Origin: Syntrophorhabdaceae bacterium
Lineage (GTDB): Bacteria; Desulfobacterota; Syntrophorhabdia; Syntrophorhabdales; Syntrophorhabdaceae
DNA: 64,000 bases
Assembly (NCBI GenBank): GCA_963665295.1
Contig: OY762209.1
Coordinates: 2,208,001-2,272,000 of the forward strand
Reading direction: 5' to 3'
Shown piece after piece: positions 29,749-39,488 of this stretch (position 1 is the stretch's first letter; each line of letters begins with the position of its first letter). Under the pieces are notes generated by a model. The model had not been told where the DNA came from and made no database searches. It was given only the letters and a program-made list of their open reading frames with translations. The position numbers and the translations under genes were made by a program.

Positions 29749-31344
29749 TCAGCTCAATGTCGCTATGGGCGCTTCCTGCATCCACAATCCGTGGATGAAG
29801 CTGTAAAGCTCATCCGACACTGAAACCTTGAAAGGCGTAGGGTTGACCGGCCTCAGATGGTCGGGCCGGAACTCTTTCAGCTGCTGAAGGACATAATTTT
29901 TTGTCTCGTGGATATCGACGATACGTTGTACAGTATCCTGTCCATCCCAGTATAACCGGTGCAAAGGGCGGACTTCCGTGGGCATCACATAGGCCCTCTT
30001 GGATTCCTCGAAGGGATGGCGGCAGAAGAATTTCGTCCCCGCCTCCGGAGCCTCGTCGCCCACTTTGATGATCACATCGAGGAGGGGCGTCTTATCAGCC
30101 CCGATAAGGCGGTACCCTTCCTTTCTTCCCGGTATGGTGACCTTTCCCTTGGATAGCTTTATCCGCGGGTTGCCGTCTATCATTACCAGTTTATACACGC
30201 ATCCCAATGCAGGCTGCGCTTCGCAGGTAACCTGGTTAGTGCCGATGCCGAATACGTCGATTTCGTGGCCCTGCCTCTGCATCTCGGTCATGGCGACTTC
30301 ATTCAACTCGTTGCTCGCCGTTATAGTGAGACCGGAAAAGTCGAGACCGAGTGTCTTGCTCACATTCCGGAACATCCTTTTACTCTCTTTGGAAAGGTAC
30401 GCCAGGTCTTCGGAATCGATCCGTATGCCGATGGGCTCGTACCCGAAATGTTTCAATGCGGCGGCCACGCAAATAAAATTCGGAACACCGGACCTGCGTG
30501 TGTCATAGGTGTCCACGAGGGCCAGAAACCTGTCAGGAAACGCCTGGGCGTAGGAAATGAAAGCCGCCAGTTCTCCATCGTTCGTTTCGGTAAACCTCAG
30601 GTCGCCTCTCATGCGCAACACGCAGTCCACAAAATCTCTTTCCTTACCTTCCTTGTCAACAAGGGTCCTCGACTTCAAATCATCGAGGCCCTGAAAGGCC
30701 TGCACAAAGGAATGGGCATGGGTGCCCATAACGGGAATTCCAAAGAGTTCGCCCGCTTTGACGTTGCTCGTGCCGTCAAAACCGCCGATATAACTGTACC
30801 TGGACGCCGACACGCCGCCATCGGGACCTTGTGCTCTCCTTAACCCGAACTCGACCAGTTTCTTGTCGAACCCGGCGAGGAGCCTGAACCTCGCTGCCTG
30901 AGTGGCTTCCAGACTGGGGTAGTTGATGAGGTTGAGAAGGGTGGTTTCAAGCAGTTGACCCACCGCCAGGGGCCCTTCGACCCTGATGAGCGGTACCGCA
31001 GGAAAGGCGAGAGTCCCTTCCGCGAGGGAGTAGATCTTTATCCTGGAGCAGTCTACCGTCTTCAGCCATTCGAAAAATCCTTCTTCACACACCTTTAAAG
31101 GACCCTTTTTCAAATAGTCGATCTGGCTGTCATTGAATCCGAAGGAGGAGACAAAGTTAATCACTTCTCCAAGTCCCGCGAATACGGTAAACTCGCCGTC
31201 GAAAGGGTTTTTTCTGAAAAACAGGTCAAAAACCGCCTCGTCGTCCACCTTGCCGGCCTTCCAATAGCCGTACGCCATGGTGAGCTGATATAAGTCGGTG
31301 AGGGTTGAATCTACCAGGGGATTTGTCGGATACATATCTGCCAC
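29749..31344 (-). CDS. pncB: Nicotinate phosphoribosyltransferase
   Basis: LTDLYQLTM, EFGLRRAQG, GTHAHSFV, LVDTYD, IRIDS, GCVYKLV. Confidence 0.93.
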   Translation of the reverse strand: MADMYPTNPLVDSTLTDLYQLTMAYGYWKAGKVDDEAVFDLFFRKNPFDGEFTVFAGLGEVINFVSSFGFNDSQIDYLKKGPLKVCEEGFFEWLKTVDCSRIKIYSLAEGTLAFPAVPLIRVEGPLAVGQLLETTLLNLINYPSLEATQAARFRLLAGFDKKLVEFGLRRAQGPDGGVSASRYSYIGGFDGTSNVKAGELFGIPVMGTHAHSFVQAFQGLDDLKSRTLVDKEGKERDFVDCVLRMRGDLRFTETNDGELAAFISYAQAFPDRFLALVDTYDTRRSGVPNFICVAAALKHFGYEPIGIRIDSEDLAYLSKESKRMFRNVSKTLGLDFSGLTITASNELNEVAMTEMQRQGHEIDVFGIGTNQVTCEAQPALGCVYKLVMIDGNPRIKLSKGKVTIPGRKEGYRLIGADKTPLLDVIIKVGDEAPEAGTKFFCRHPFEESKRAYVMPTEVRPLHRLYWDGQDTVQRIVDIHETKNYVLQQLKEFRPDHLRPVNPTPFKVSVSDELYSFIHGLWMQEAPIATLS

Positions 31345-31641
31345 GTCCTATAACATTATTTCTGTGATTGCATGGAGTAGGTGGGCTTTGCCTACGGGAC
31401 CCATGATGCTACCCCGTCAAAAGCGCGGCGAAACTCCGGCCGCAGCCGCAGATGATCTGTGCGGAACCTGAATCTAATCCCTATTATTTCAAAATGGCAC
31501 GGGGATGTCAAGGGAACATTGGGAAAGGATAGGTATCAGGGCGCCCGACCGATGAGCGGACCTTGACTTCGCGCCACGAAAAACCTGTGGCGGAGCAAGG
31601 GGGAGTCTGATAGAATATTCCATTACAATAAGGGGTGTCCC

Positions 31642-31989
31642 ATGAAAATCACGAGTCTCGACAAAGTCGAAAAGAAGAAGATGGCCATGGAGGGGGCGAA
31701 GGATGTGTATAAACAGATCCCCATATCGAAGGCCGACGGGACGCCTTTGGTCTCACTCAGGGTATTCAGTTTCGAGCCCGGAGGCCACACGCCTTACCAC
31801 ACCCATCCTTTCGAGCACCTCAATTATATCATTGAAGGAAGCGGCGTCCTGGTCAAGGAAAGCGGAGAAGAGATACCTGTAAAGAAGGGTGATTTTGTGC
31901 TTGTCCTGCCCAATGAAAAGCACCAGTACAGAAGCTCGTCCGAAAGTCCCATGGTGATGATATGCGGCGCGCCTAAGGAGTACGAGTAG
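31642..31989 (+). CDS. Cupin-domain protein
   Basis: PGGHTPYHTHPFEH...PNEKHQY. Confidence 0.88.
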   Translation: MKITSLDKVEKKKMAMEGAKDVYKQIPISKADGTPLVSLRVFSFEPGGHTPYHTHPFEHLNYIIEGSGVLVKESGEEIPVKKGDFVLVLPNEKHQYRSSSESPMVMICGAPKEYE

Positions 31990-32012
31990 TCTCCCAATTC
32001 CTGCATTCTTTG

Positions 32013-32144
32013 CATTTTTAAAATCCACTTTACATAATTCGAACGGATTTTTAACCCTCCCCGTACCCCTGGTGGCCCCTTTCAAAGCTAAGTGACCGTA
32101 ATTGCAGGTTTATCTAATGCAGATCGTTGTGGCACGCCATTTGC
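32013..32144 (+). promoter_or_regulatory. sigma54 promoter with upstream activator site (copy B)
   Basis: TGGCACGCCATTTGC (GG 32131, GC 32143) plus the shared AT-rich motif. Confidence 0.85.
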
Positions 32145-32183
32145 CTCATAAAGAGACAGTACATATTGAAAAAGGAGGCAGAG

Positions 32184-33698
32184 ATGGAAAAGGCAGCGAA
32201 AAGTCACTTCAATGTAGCGTCAGAGCTTTTGGACCAGAATGCATCCCTTCGGGGAGATAAGGTAGCCATATACTGTGGGGAGCAAAAAATAACCTATAAG
32301 GAACTTCAGGAGGGTGTGAACAAATTTGCCAATGTTCTGAAGACCCTGGGGGTAAAACCGACGGAGCGGGTCATGATACTCCTGCCTGATTCCCCCATGT
32401 TCTTCTATGCCTTCCTGGGCGCCATCAAATACGGGGCCTGGGCAGTGCCGGTCAACACCATGCTGGTGGAGAGCGATTATGAATACATGCTCGAAAACAG
32501 TGAGGCAAGGGTGCTGGTCACCACGAAAGAGGGCAAGGCTGCAAAGATCCGCCCCAACCACCTTTGTTACAAACTCTTCTGCGACAACGGCCTTGAGTCG
32601 CTCATGCGCAACGCGCCATCCACCTTCGAACCCTATCCGACCAAGAAAGATGATATCGCCTTCTGGCTGTTCAGTTCGGGAAGCACCGGCAAGCCCAAGG
32701 GCACGCCGCACAGGCATATCGATATGGTCCACTCGGCGGACAATTACGGTGCGAAGGTCCTCAATCTTAAGGAAAATGACGTTTGTTTTTCGGTAAGCAA
32801 GCTTTTCTTCGCGTACGGCCTCGGAAACGGCATGTTCTTCCCCCTGAGAGCGGGTGCGTCGGTGGTCCAGTTGTCAACCCCTCCAAGCCCGGACAGCGTA
32901 CTGGAAACCGTATCGAACTTTAAACCCACCGTATTCTTCGGCGTGCCGACCCAGTACAACTCGGTATTGAAGAAACCGAATATCGCGGATGTCTTTAAAT
33001 CGGTGCGCATGTGCATCTCGGCGGGAGAGGCCCTCCCACCTGAGATATTCAATAAGTGGAAAGAGACGACGGGGCTTGAGATTCTGGACGGGATCGGTTC
33101 GACGGAGGCCCTCCACATCTTTATTTCCAATATGCCGGGCGACGTGAAACCGGGAGCCTCGGGTAGAATAGTGCCGGGCTATGAGGCGAAGATCGTGGAC
33201 GACGTGGGTAATGACATCCCCCCGGGAGAAGCGGGTCACCTCATTATCAGAGGAGAGAGCGTGACCAAAGGCTACTGGAACAGACCGGACGAGAACGCGG
33301 AGAAAGTCCTCCCCGACGGCTGGTTCAAGACAGGGGACATGTACGTGGAGGAAGACGGATACTACACCTATCAGGGCAGAGGGGACGACATGCTCAAGGT
33401 GGGCGGTATCTGGGTATCTCCCGTGGAAATAGAAAACGTGCTTCTCGAACACAAAGCCGTCCATGAAGCCGCCGTAGTAGGACATGACGTGGAAGGCTTA
33501 AGCAAACCTTTCGGATACGTAGCGCTCAACGAGGATTACCGGGACCTGAGCGATGAGGACCTGAGCCGTGAACTGCTGCAATTCGTGAGCGAACGGTTGC
33601 CGAAGTTCAAGTGGTTGAGAGGGGTCTATTTCATCGACGAACTGCCCAAGACGGCGACCGGCAAGATACAGCGGTTTAAACTGAGAAAAGCATCATAA
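32184..33698 (+). CDS. Benzoate-CoA ligase family protein (paralog 1)
   Basis: FWLFSSGSTGKPKG, SKLFFAYGLGN, DGIGSTEALHIF, GRGDDMLKVGGIWVSP, LPKTATGKIQR; AAGGAGG RBS. Confidence 0.92.
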   Translation: MEKAAKSHFNVASELLDQNASLRGDKVAIYCGEQKITYKELQEGVNKFANVLKTLGVKPTERVMILLPDSPMFFYAFLGAIKYGAWAVPVNTMLVESDYEYMLENSEARVLVTTKEGKAAKIRPNHLCYKLFCDNGLESLMRNAPSTFEPYPTKKDDIAFWLFSSGSTGKPKGTPHRHIDMVHSADNYGAKVLNLKENDVCFSVSKLFFAYGLGNGMFFPLRAGASVVQLSTPPSPDSVLETVSNFKPTVFFGVPTQYNSVLKKPNIADVFKSVRMCISAGEALPPEIFNKWKETTGLEILDGIGSTEALHIFISNMPGDVKPGASGRIVPGYEAKIVDDVGNDIPPGEAGHLIIRGESVTKGYWNRPDENAEKVLPDGWFKTGDMYVEEDGYYTYQGRGDDMLKVGGIWVSPVEIENVLLEHKAVHEAAVVGHDVEGLSKPFGYVALNEDYRDLSDEDLSRELLQFVSERLPKFKWLRGVYFIDELPKTATGKIQRFKLRKAS

Positions 33699-33737
33699 CC
33701 ATAGAACTGAAAGCGCAAAGCCGCTTACTGGAACAAC

Positions 33738-33779
33738 CCTTCCGTTCCTCCTTCCACAAAAGGAAGGGGGGACGGAAGG
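33738..33779 (+). terminator. Strong hairpin after ligase 1
   Basis: CCTTCCGTTCCTCCTTCC-acaaaa-GGAAGGGGGGACGGAAGG; no clear U-tract. Confidence 0.5.
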
Positions 33780-34066
33780 CCCATGCACGGTGTTGAGCAG
33801 TCGAGGGGAGACCCCCTACAGCAGATAGAGAGAAGACAGGCGGCGGGGATACCTCCCTCCCCGGGCTGACCATAGGTAGGATCCGCCACCTGCTTCACCC
33901 CGATAAGTCCCATCGAAGGAAGAGCACATGTCCTTGCGGAAGGCCATGGCAAAAGGGCTCGACCACATTGTCGTTACCGGGTGCAACCGGCCGGGGCCGG
34001 AAAAGGAATTGCCCCGGCTCACAGAAAAGACGCGTACGAACAACCCGAGGCCGTTTTCCGGGATTG

Positions 34067-34092
34067 CAATATATATATATATATATATATTG
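34067..34092. repeat. (AT)11 microsatellite within a 26-bp perfect palindrome
   Basis: CA(AT)11TG read directly from the sequence. Confidence 0.95.
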
Positions 34093-34320
34093 GTATTACT
34101 TCCTGGTTCTTACCTATCCTCACCGCATTGACAGGACCGCCCCTGAAGGCGTTTTCAGAAGCGGTCCTGTCCAAAACCCGCCCGCCATGGGTCTCCGCAA
34201 TCCCCGCGGGTAAGGGCCTCACCGTCGGAGCAGGGGCAAGGGTGATAAAAAACGGGGTATTTGCCGGTTTCCATGTGGCAAAGCGGGTATCGTTGTGGTA
34301 ACATATAGAGGCTACAACTA

Positions 34321-35853
34321 ATGGATATCGCAGATATTCTCATAAATTACCGGGAAAGTATCATCCGGGAATGGGTGCGCATCCTGCATACCGAGGTAAG
34401 CAAGACTTATTCGGCCCAGGCTCCCGAAACCCTCTTTCTCACCTGTACCGCGGCGTATGACGCCAATTTCAAAGCCTTCGTGAACAGGGATTTTTCCAAG
34501 CTGGACAGGGTTGTCGAGAATATCGGCAGAATACGGTCCAAGGCAGGTTTTTCCCTGTCGGAGGTCCAAAAAGCTTTCGAGCTGTACCGCATCATGCTCA
34601 TGCCCATCCTCATGCGGGAACTGGAGGGGGCTGAGCTTGTGGTGACCCTCGATCACCTGAATGAACTCCTCAGCTATACGATCCACAAGTTCAGCGACTA
34701 CTTCCAGGCCCTCTCGGAGAAGCAGATAAGAGACTATGCCCAGACCCTGGAAATAAAGGTTGCCGAGAGGACGAAGGAACTTGCCGAATCGGAAGACAAG
34801 TACCGGACCCTGGTAGAGGAGATGAGGGATGGCTATGCAGTAAACGAAGACGGGACCATCATCTTCGCCAACAGGGCCTTCTGTGAGATGCACGGATACC
34901 GTCGCCGGGAGGCAATCGGCAGGTGCTATACGGATTTTATCGCCCCCGAGTCTCTTGAAGAGGTAAAGAAGATCTATGAGAGGAGGGACTCAGGGGAATC
35001 AAAGGAACGGTATATCTATTTCCGGCTTCACAAGAACGGGAGCAGGTTCCCTACCGAGAACAGGGTAACCGTGGTGCGTTACCAGGGGAAGGCAGCGGCC
35101 CTCGTGATCTGCTGCGATATCACGGAGAGGATAAGGATAGAGGAACGGATCCGCGAGGCAGAGCATCTCGCTCATATCGGGCAGTTTACCACGTCTCTCG
35201 CCCATGAGATCAGGAACCCCCTTTCCGCGGCCAAGATGGGCATCCAGATGCTCCTCAAGAGCCCTTCCTTCACCGGAAACGACAGGAGACGGCTGGAGAT
35301 CCTTTCCCAGGAGACCTCCAGGCTCGACAACATCGTCACGGAAATGCTCGATTTTGCGAAACCCATAAAGTTCGAATTCGAAGCCTGTTCCATGGTGTCT
35401 CTCATTGAATCCTGCCTTGATGTCATGGAAGGGAAGATCAAGGAAAAGAAGATCAGGGTCCATGAGAAATTCCCGAGGAACCTCCCTTACGTGATGATGG
35501 ATTACGAAAAGATGGAGCAGGTTATTATCAACCTCCTCCTCAACTCCATAGAGGCGGTGAGTGAAGAAGGGGAGATCACCATCGCGGCGGGACGCCTGAG
35601 AGGAAAGAAAGAGGCTATCAGGGTACAGATCGCCGACAACGGGGGCGGTATCCGGGAAGAGGACATGCCCTTCATCTTCGACCCCTTCTTTAGCCGGAAG
35701 GCAAAAGGGACCGGACTGGGGCTTGCGAATGTGAAGAAGATCATAGAAGCGCACGGGGGCAGAATATGGGCGACTCCCTGGGACCAGAGCGGTGTGTGCA
35801 TGAATTTCACCATGTTGCGGGAAATAGACCAGGGTCAGAGACCCGGCGAATAG
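34321..35853 (+). CDS. Cytoplasmic sensor histidine kinase (RsbRD-N/globin-like + PAS + HisKA + HATPase)
   Basis: No TM segment; PAS IFANRAF; LAHEIRNPL; NLLLNSIEA; DNGGGI; GTGLGL. Confidence 0.9.
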   Translation: MDIADILINYRESIIREWVRILHTEVSKTYSAQAPETLFLTCTAAYDANFKAFVNRDFSKLDRVVENIGRIRSKAGFSLSEVQKAFELYRIMLMPILMRELEGAELVVTLDHLNELLSYTIHKFSDYFQALSEKQIRDYAQTLEIKVAERTKELAESEDKYRTLVEEMRDGYAVNEDGTIIFANRAFCEMHGYRRREAIGRCYTDFIAPESLEEVKKIYERRDSGESKERYIYFRLHKNGSRFPTENRVTVVRYQGKAAALVICCDITERIRIEERIREAEHLAHIGQFTTSLAHEIRNPLSAAKMGIQMLLKSPSFTGNDRRRLEILSQETSRLDNIVTEMLDFAKPIKFEFEACSMVSLIESCLDVMEGKIKEKKIRVHEKFPRNLPYVMMDYEKMEQVIINLLLNSIEAVSEEGEITIAAGRLRGKKEAIRVQIADNGGGIREEDMPFIFDPFFSRKAKGTGLGLANVKKIIEAHGGRIWATPWDQSGVCMNFTMLREIDQGQRPGE

Positions 35854-35868
35854 CGAGGTGCTCAACAC

Positions 35869-37257
35869 GTGACATCAGCGCGGATATTGATTGTTGACGA
35901 CGAACCATCCTCCCTGGAACTGCTGGAGGTATACCTCAGGGAGAAAGGCTATGAGGTGAGGTGTGCAAAAGACGGCAAGGAGTGCTTCGAAACCGTGGCG
36001 TCCTTCAAGCCCGACATTCTCGTCCTCGACATCCGCCTGCCCGACGCCGACGGCCTCGAGATACTGAGCCGTTTGAAAGAAAGGGGCAGCGCCGCCCATG
36101 TGATTATCATGACCGCCTTTCATGACATGGCGACCACGATCAAGGCCATGAAACTCGGTGCCTTCGAGTATATCCCGAAACCTATCGATGTGGATGAACT
36201 GGAAGTGGCCATCGGACGGGCCCTTGCCCTGCTGGCGACGAAAAAGATCTCCAGCGGCCTTACCGTAGGGCCTCCGGGAGAATTCGAGGACGGGCAGACC
36301 ATCGGAAAGACGAAGGGCATGAAAGAAATTTTCAAGACTATCGGGATGCTTTCCGGAAACAGGGTAAATGTCCTGATCGAAGGGGAAACCGGCACAGGCA
36401 AGGAGCTTGTGGCGCGGGCCATTCACTTCCATAGCACCTATAAGGACCAGCCGTTCATTGCCATAAACTGCTCCGCCATTGTGGAAAACCTCCTGGAAAG
36501 CGAGCTTTTCGGCCATGAGAAAGGGGCATTCACCGGCGCTATCTCCACGAAGAAGGGCAAATTCGAGCTGGCGGGAGAAGGCACCATTCTCCTCGACGAG
36601 GTGGGAGAGATACCCTTCGAATTACAGGCCAAACTGCTCAGGTTCCTTCAATCGAAGGAGTTTCAGCGTGTGGGTGGAGAGAGGACGCTGAAGTCGAATG
36701 CGCGCGTGCTCGCCGCAACGAACAGGGACCTTATGGCAATGGTGAAGGAAGGCACCTTCAGAGAAGACCTTTACTACCGTCTGAGCGTCGCCAACGTGAA
36801 GGTGCCGCCCCTGAGAGAGAGGAAGACGGATATACCGCTCATCATAGATTACCTTCTGAGAAAGATCAACCGCGACCTCCACAAAGGCATCGAACAGGTG
36901 GAGGAGAACGCCCTCGGCCGCATGCTCGATTACAGTTGGCCCGGAAACGTGAGGGAACTCGAGAATGTCCTTACGAGGGCAGCCATGTATACCCAGGGCC
37001 ATGTCATACTCGATACGGCGATTGCCCTGCTCATCAACAGGGAGAAAGGCGAGGATCGCGCACCCCAGGCCCAGGCAGAGGAAAGTAAAAAGGGCGTTGA
37101 TCCCTACGAGACGGAGAAGGACCGGATCATGAGGATCCTTGACGAGGCACACTGGCATTACGGCAATGCGTGCAAAACCCTCGGCATTTCACGGCCTACC
37201 CTCAACAAGAGGCTGAGGGAGTATGGGATATCGCCCAAACCGCGTAATTATAGCTGA
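35869..37257 (+). CDS. sigma54-dependent response regulator (AtoC/NtrC family)
   Basis: REC + GETGTGKE + [15 protein letters not shown] + [10 protein letters not shown] + Fis HTH. Confidence 0.95.
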   Translation: MTSARILIVDDEPSSLELLEVYLREKGYEVRCAKDGKECFETVASFKPDILVLDIRLPDADGLEILSRLKERGSAAHVIIMTAFHDMATTIKAMKLGAFEYIPKPIDVDELEVAIGRALALLATKKISSGLTVGPPGEFEDGQTIGKTKGMKEIFKTIGMLSGNRVNVLIEGETGTGKELVARAIHFHSTYKDQPFIAINCSAIVENLLESELFGHEKGAFTGAISTKKGKFELAGEGTILLDEVGEIPFELQAKLLRFLQSKEFQRVGGERTLKSNARVLAATNRDLMAMVKEGTFREDLYYRLSVANVKVPPLRERKTDIPLIIDYLLRKINRDLHKGIEQVEENALGRMLDYSWPGNVRELENVLTRAAMYTQGHVILDTAIALLINREKGEDRAPQAQAEESKKGVDPYETEKDRIMRILDEAHWHYGNACKTLGISRPTLNKRLREYGISPKPRNYS

Positions 37258-37357
37258 TAAAAGACCGTATTACCCCGCGCACCTGTTTGAGGCGCCCGTG
37301 AAGGCGCGCCCCCCGGATGCGGGGCCTCTGCAATTGCTTGTGAATCAGGACACTTTT

Positions 37358-37488
37358 CATTTTTAAAAACTCCTTTAAATAATCGAAAGTATTTTTAACT
37401 CCCTCCTGCGACGCGACGCTCATCGGCGTGTGCAACATGTTGTAATAATTGTTAAAGACCATGACGGCATCCATGGCACACCATTTGC
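37358..37488 (+). promoter_or_regulatory. sigma54 promoter with upstream activator site (copy C)
   Basis: TGGCACACCATTTGC (GG 37475, GC 37487) plus the shared AT-rich motif. Confidence 0.85.
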
Positions 37489-37523
37489 GTAAGGATAGGG
37501 ATGGTGCATACAGGGAGCAGGGA

Positions 37524-39068
37524 ATGAGAAGACCGGCGACAGGGAAAAAGAGGTTCAATATTGCCTCGGAACTGTTGGATGAGAATGCAGCCCTCCGGGG
37601 AAAGAAGATTGCCATATTCAGCGGAAAAGAGCGGGTGACCTACAGGCTGGTCCTGGAGAACGTGAACAGGTTCGCCAATGTTCTCAAGACGCTGGGAGTG
37701 AAGCCCATGGAACGGGTCATGGTAGCTCTTTCCGACTCGCCCATGTTCGTGTACGCATTCCTGGGAAGCATAAGGCATGGGGCGTGGCCGGTGCCGGTGA
37801 ACAACATGCTGGAAGAAAGCGACTATGCGTACCTGCTCGAAAACAGCGAAGCCCGGGTGCTCGTCACGGAGAAGGCAAGCAAGGCTGCCAGGACGAGATC
37901 GACGGGCTTCTGCTACAAATTGTTCGCCGACGACGGTCTCGGGCTCCTCATGTACGATGCGGCGGCCCATGGGGAAACATATCCCTCCAGAGAGTCCGAT
38001 ATCGCTTTCTGGCTTTACAGCACGGGGTGCACAGGCAAGCCGAAGGGGGTTCCCCACCGGCATATCGATATGATCCATTCAGCGGACAATTACGCAAAGA
38101 AGGTGCTCAGGATCGGCGAGAGCGATATCCTTTTCTCGGCGAGCAAGCTCCACTTTGCCTATGGGCTCGGCAACGGACTCTATTTCCCTTTCAGGTGCGG
38201 CGCATCCACGGTGTTGGACCCATCCGCGCCAAGCCCCGGGAATATGCTCAGAACGGTTTCCGCCTGCAAGCCGACCGTGTTCTTCGGCGTCCCCGCCCAC
38301 TACAATTCGATATTGAAGAGCGACAATGTGAAGAGCGCTTTCAAATCGGTCCGGGCGTGCATATCCGCAGGAGAGGCGCTGCCTCCCGGTATCTTTTACC
38401 GGTGGAAGGAAGCGACGGGGCTTGAGATCGTGGACGGCATAGGCTCCACCGAGGCCCTGCACATATTCATCTCAAATATGCCGGGTAACGTGAAACCGGG
38501 CACCTCGGGGCGCGTGGTTCCGGGATATGAAGCGAAGGTCGTGGACGATCCCGGCAGGGAACTGCCTCCCGGCAAGACAGGTCACCTTGTCGTCAGGGGA
38601 GAAAGCGTCACCAAAGGGTATTGGAACAAGCCGGAAGAGAGCAAGGAGCAGGTACTCCCGGGTGGCTGGTTCAAGACCGGAGACATGTATACCCAGGAAG
38701 ACGGGTATTTTACCTGTCGGGGAAGAGGGGATGACATGCTCATGGTGGGTAACGCCTGGGTCTCTCCCATGGAGATCGAGAATGTTCTCCTGGAGCATGA
38801 GGCAGTTCACGAAGCCGCGGTGGTGGGCTGTTTTGTGGACGGATTGAGCGAGCCCTTCGGATACGTCTCACTCAACGAAGACTACAGGGACCGGCAGGAT
38901 GAGGATTTGAGCCGCGAACTGCTCCAATTCGTCAGCAAACGATTGCCGGAAAGCAAGTGGCTGAGGGGGGTTCGTTTTATGGATGAACTACCCAAGACTC
39001 CCACAGGGAAGATACAGAGGTTCAAGCTGAAAGACGAACAGCGAAAGGAGGTGACGCTATGCAGGTAA
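37524..39068 (+). CDS. Benzoate-CoA ligase family protein (paralog 2, altered motifs)
   Basis: Colinear with paralog 1; WLYSTGCTGKPKG, SKLHFAYGLGN, GRGDDMLMVGN, LPKTPTGKIQR. Confidence 0.88.
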   Translation: MRRPATGKKRFNIASELLDENAALRGKKIAIFSGKERVTYRLVLENVNRFANVLKTLGVKPMERVMVALSDSPMFVYAFLGSIRHGAWPVPVNNMLEESDYAYLLENSEARVLVTEKASKAARTRSTGFCYKLFADDGLGLLMYDAAAHGETYPSRESDIAFWLYSTGCTGKPKGVPHRHIDMIHSADNYAKKVLRIGESDILFSASKLHFAYGLGNGLYFPFRCGASTVLDPSAPSPGNMLRTVSACKPTVFFGVPAHYNSILKSDNVKSAFKSVRACISAGEALPPGIFYRWKEATGLEIVDGIGSTEALHIFISNMPGNVKPGTSGRVVPGYEAKVVDDPGRELPPGKTGHLVVRGESVTKGYWNKPEESKEQVLPGGWFKTGDMYTQEDGYFTCRGRGDDMLMVGNAWVSPMEIENVLLEHEAVHEAAVVGCFVDGLSEPFGYVSLNEDYRDRQDEDLSRELLQFVSKRLPESKWLRGVRFMDELPKTPTGKIQRFKLKDEQRKEVTLCR

Positions 39069-39488
39069 AACGGTTTGGCGGCGGCGAAAGCTTGACGAAA
39101 ACCATAAGCCTTGAACTGCTCAAGTTCGCGGGTGAAAGGTTGCCGCAGTATGAATGGCTCCGGAAGATCTATCCTCCTGAAAAGGCACCGACCACGGGTG
39201 GGGGAAGACATGGTGAGCCGGATTAGGAGCCTACATAGAGGAGGGGGTGGACGCGTATGGGAAGCGTAACGGTGTACCTTTCATGGACGATGAGTTACCG
39301 GCGTAACCCAGGTAATAGGCAGGGAGAGAAAACGGAGAAGGTACCTCATCCCGCAACTGCCCGTTTGGTTCTGTGTGCTGCTGTGTATGGTTTCCCTTTT
39401 CCGGGAGTGGCGTGAGGCCGCCCCTACATGAGTATCGGCCAGGGAAGATCGTACCGCGTGTAAGACAACATAAAATGGAGGTACCTGA

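Noticed and set aside
31345..31500. NAD-related riboswitch upstream of pncB
   Set aside because: Some short stems are present but I recognise no known aptamer consensus; an Rfam search would be needed
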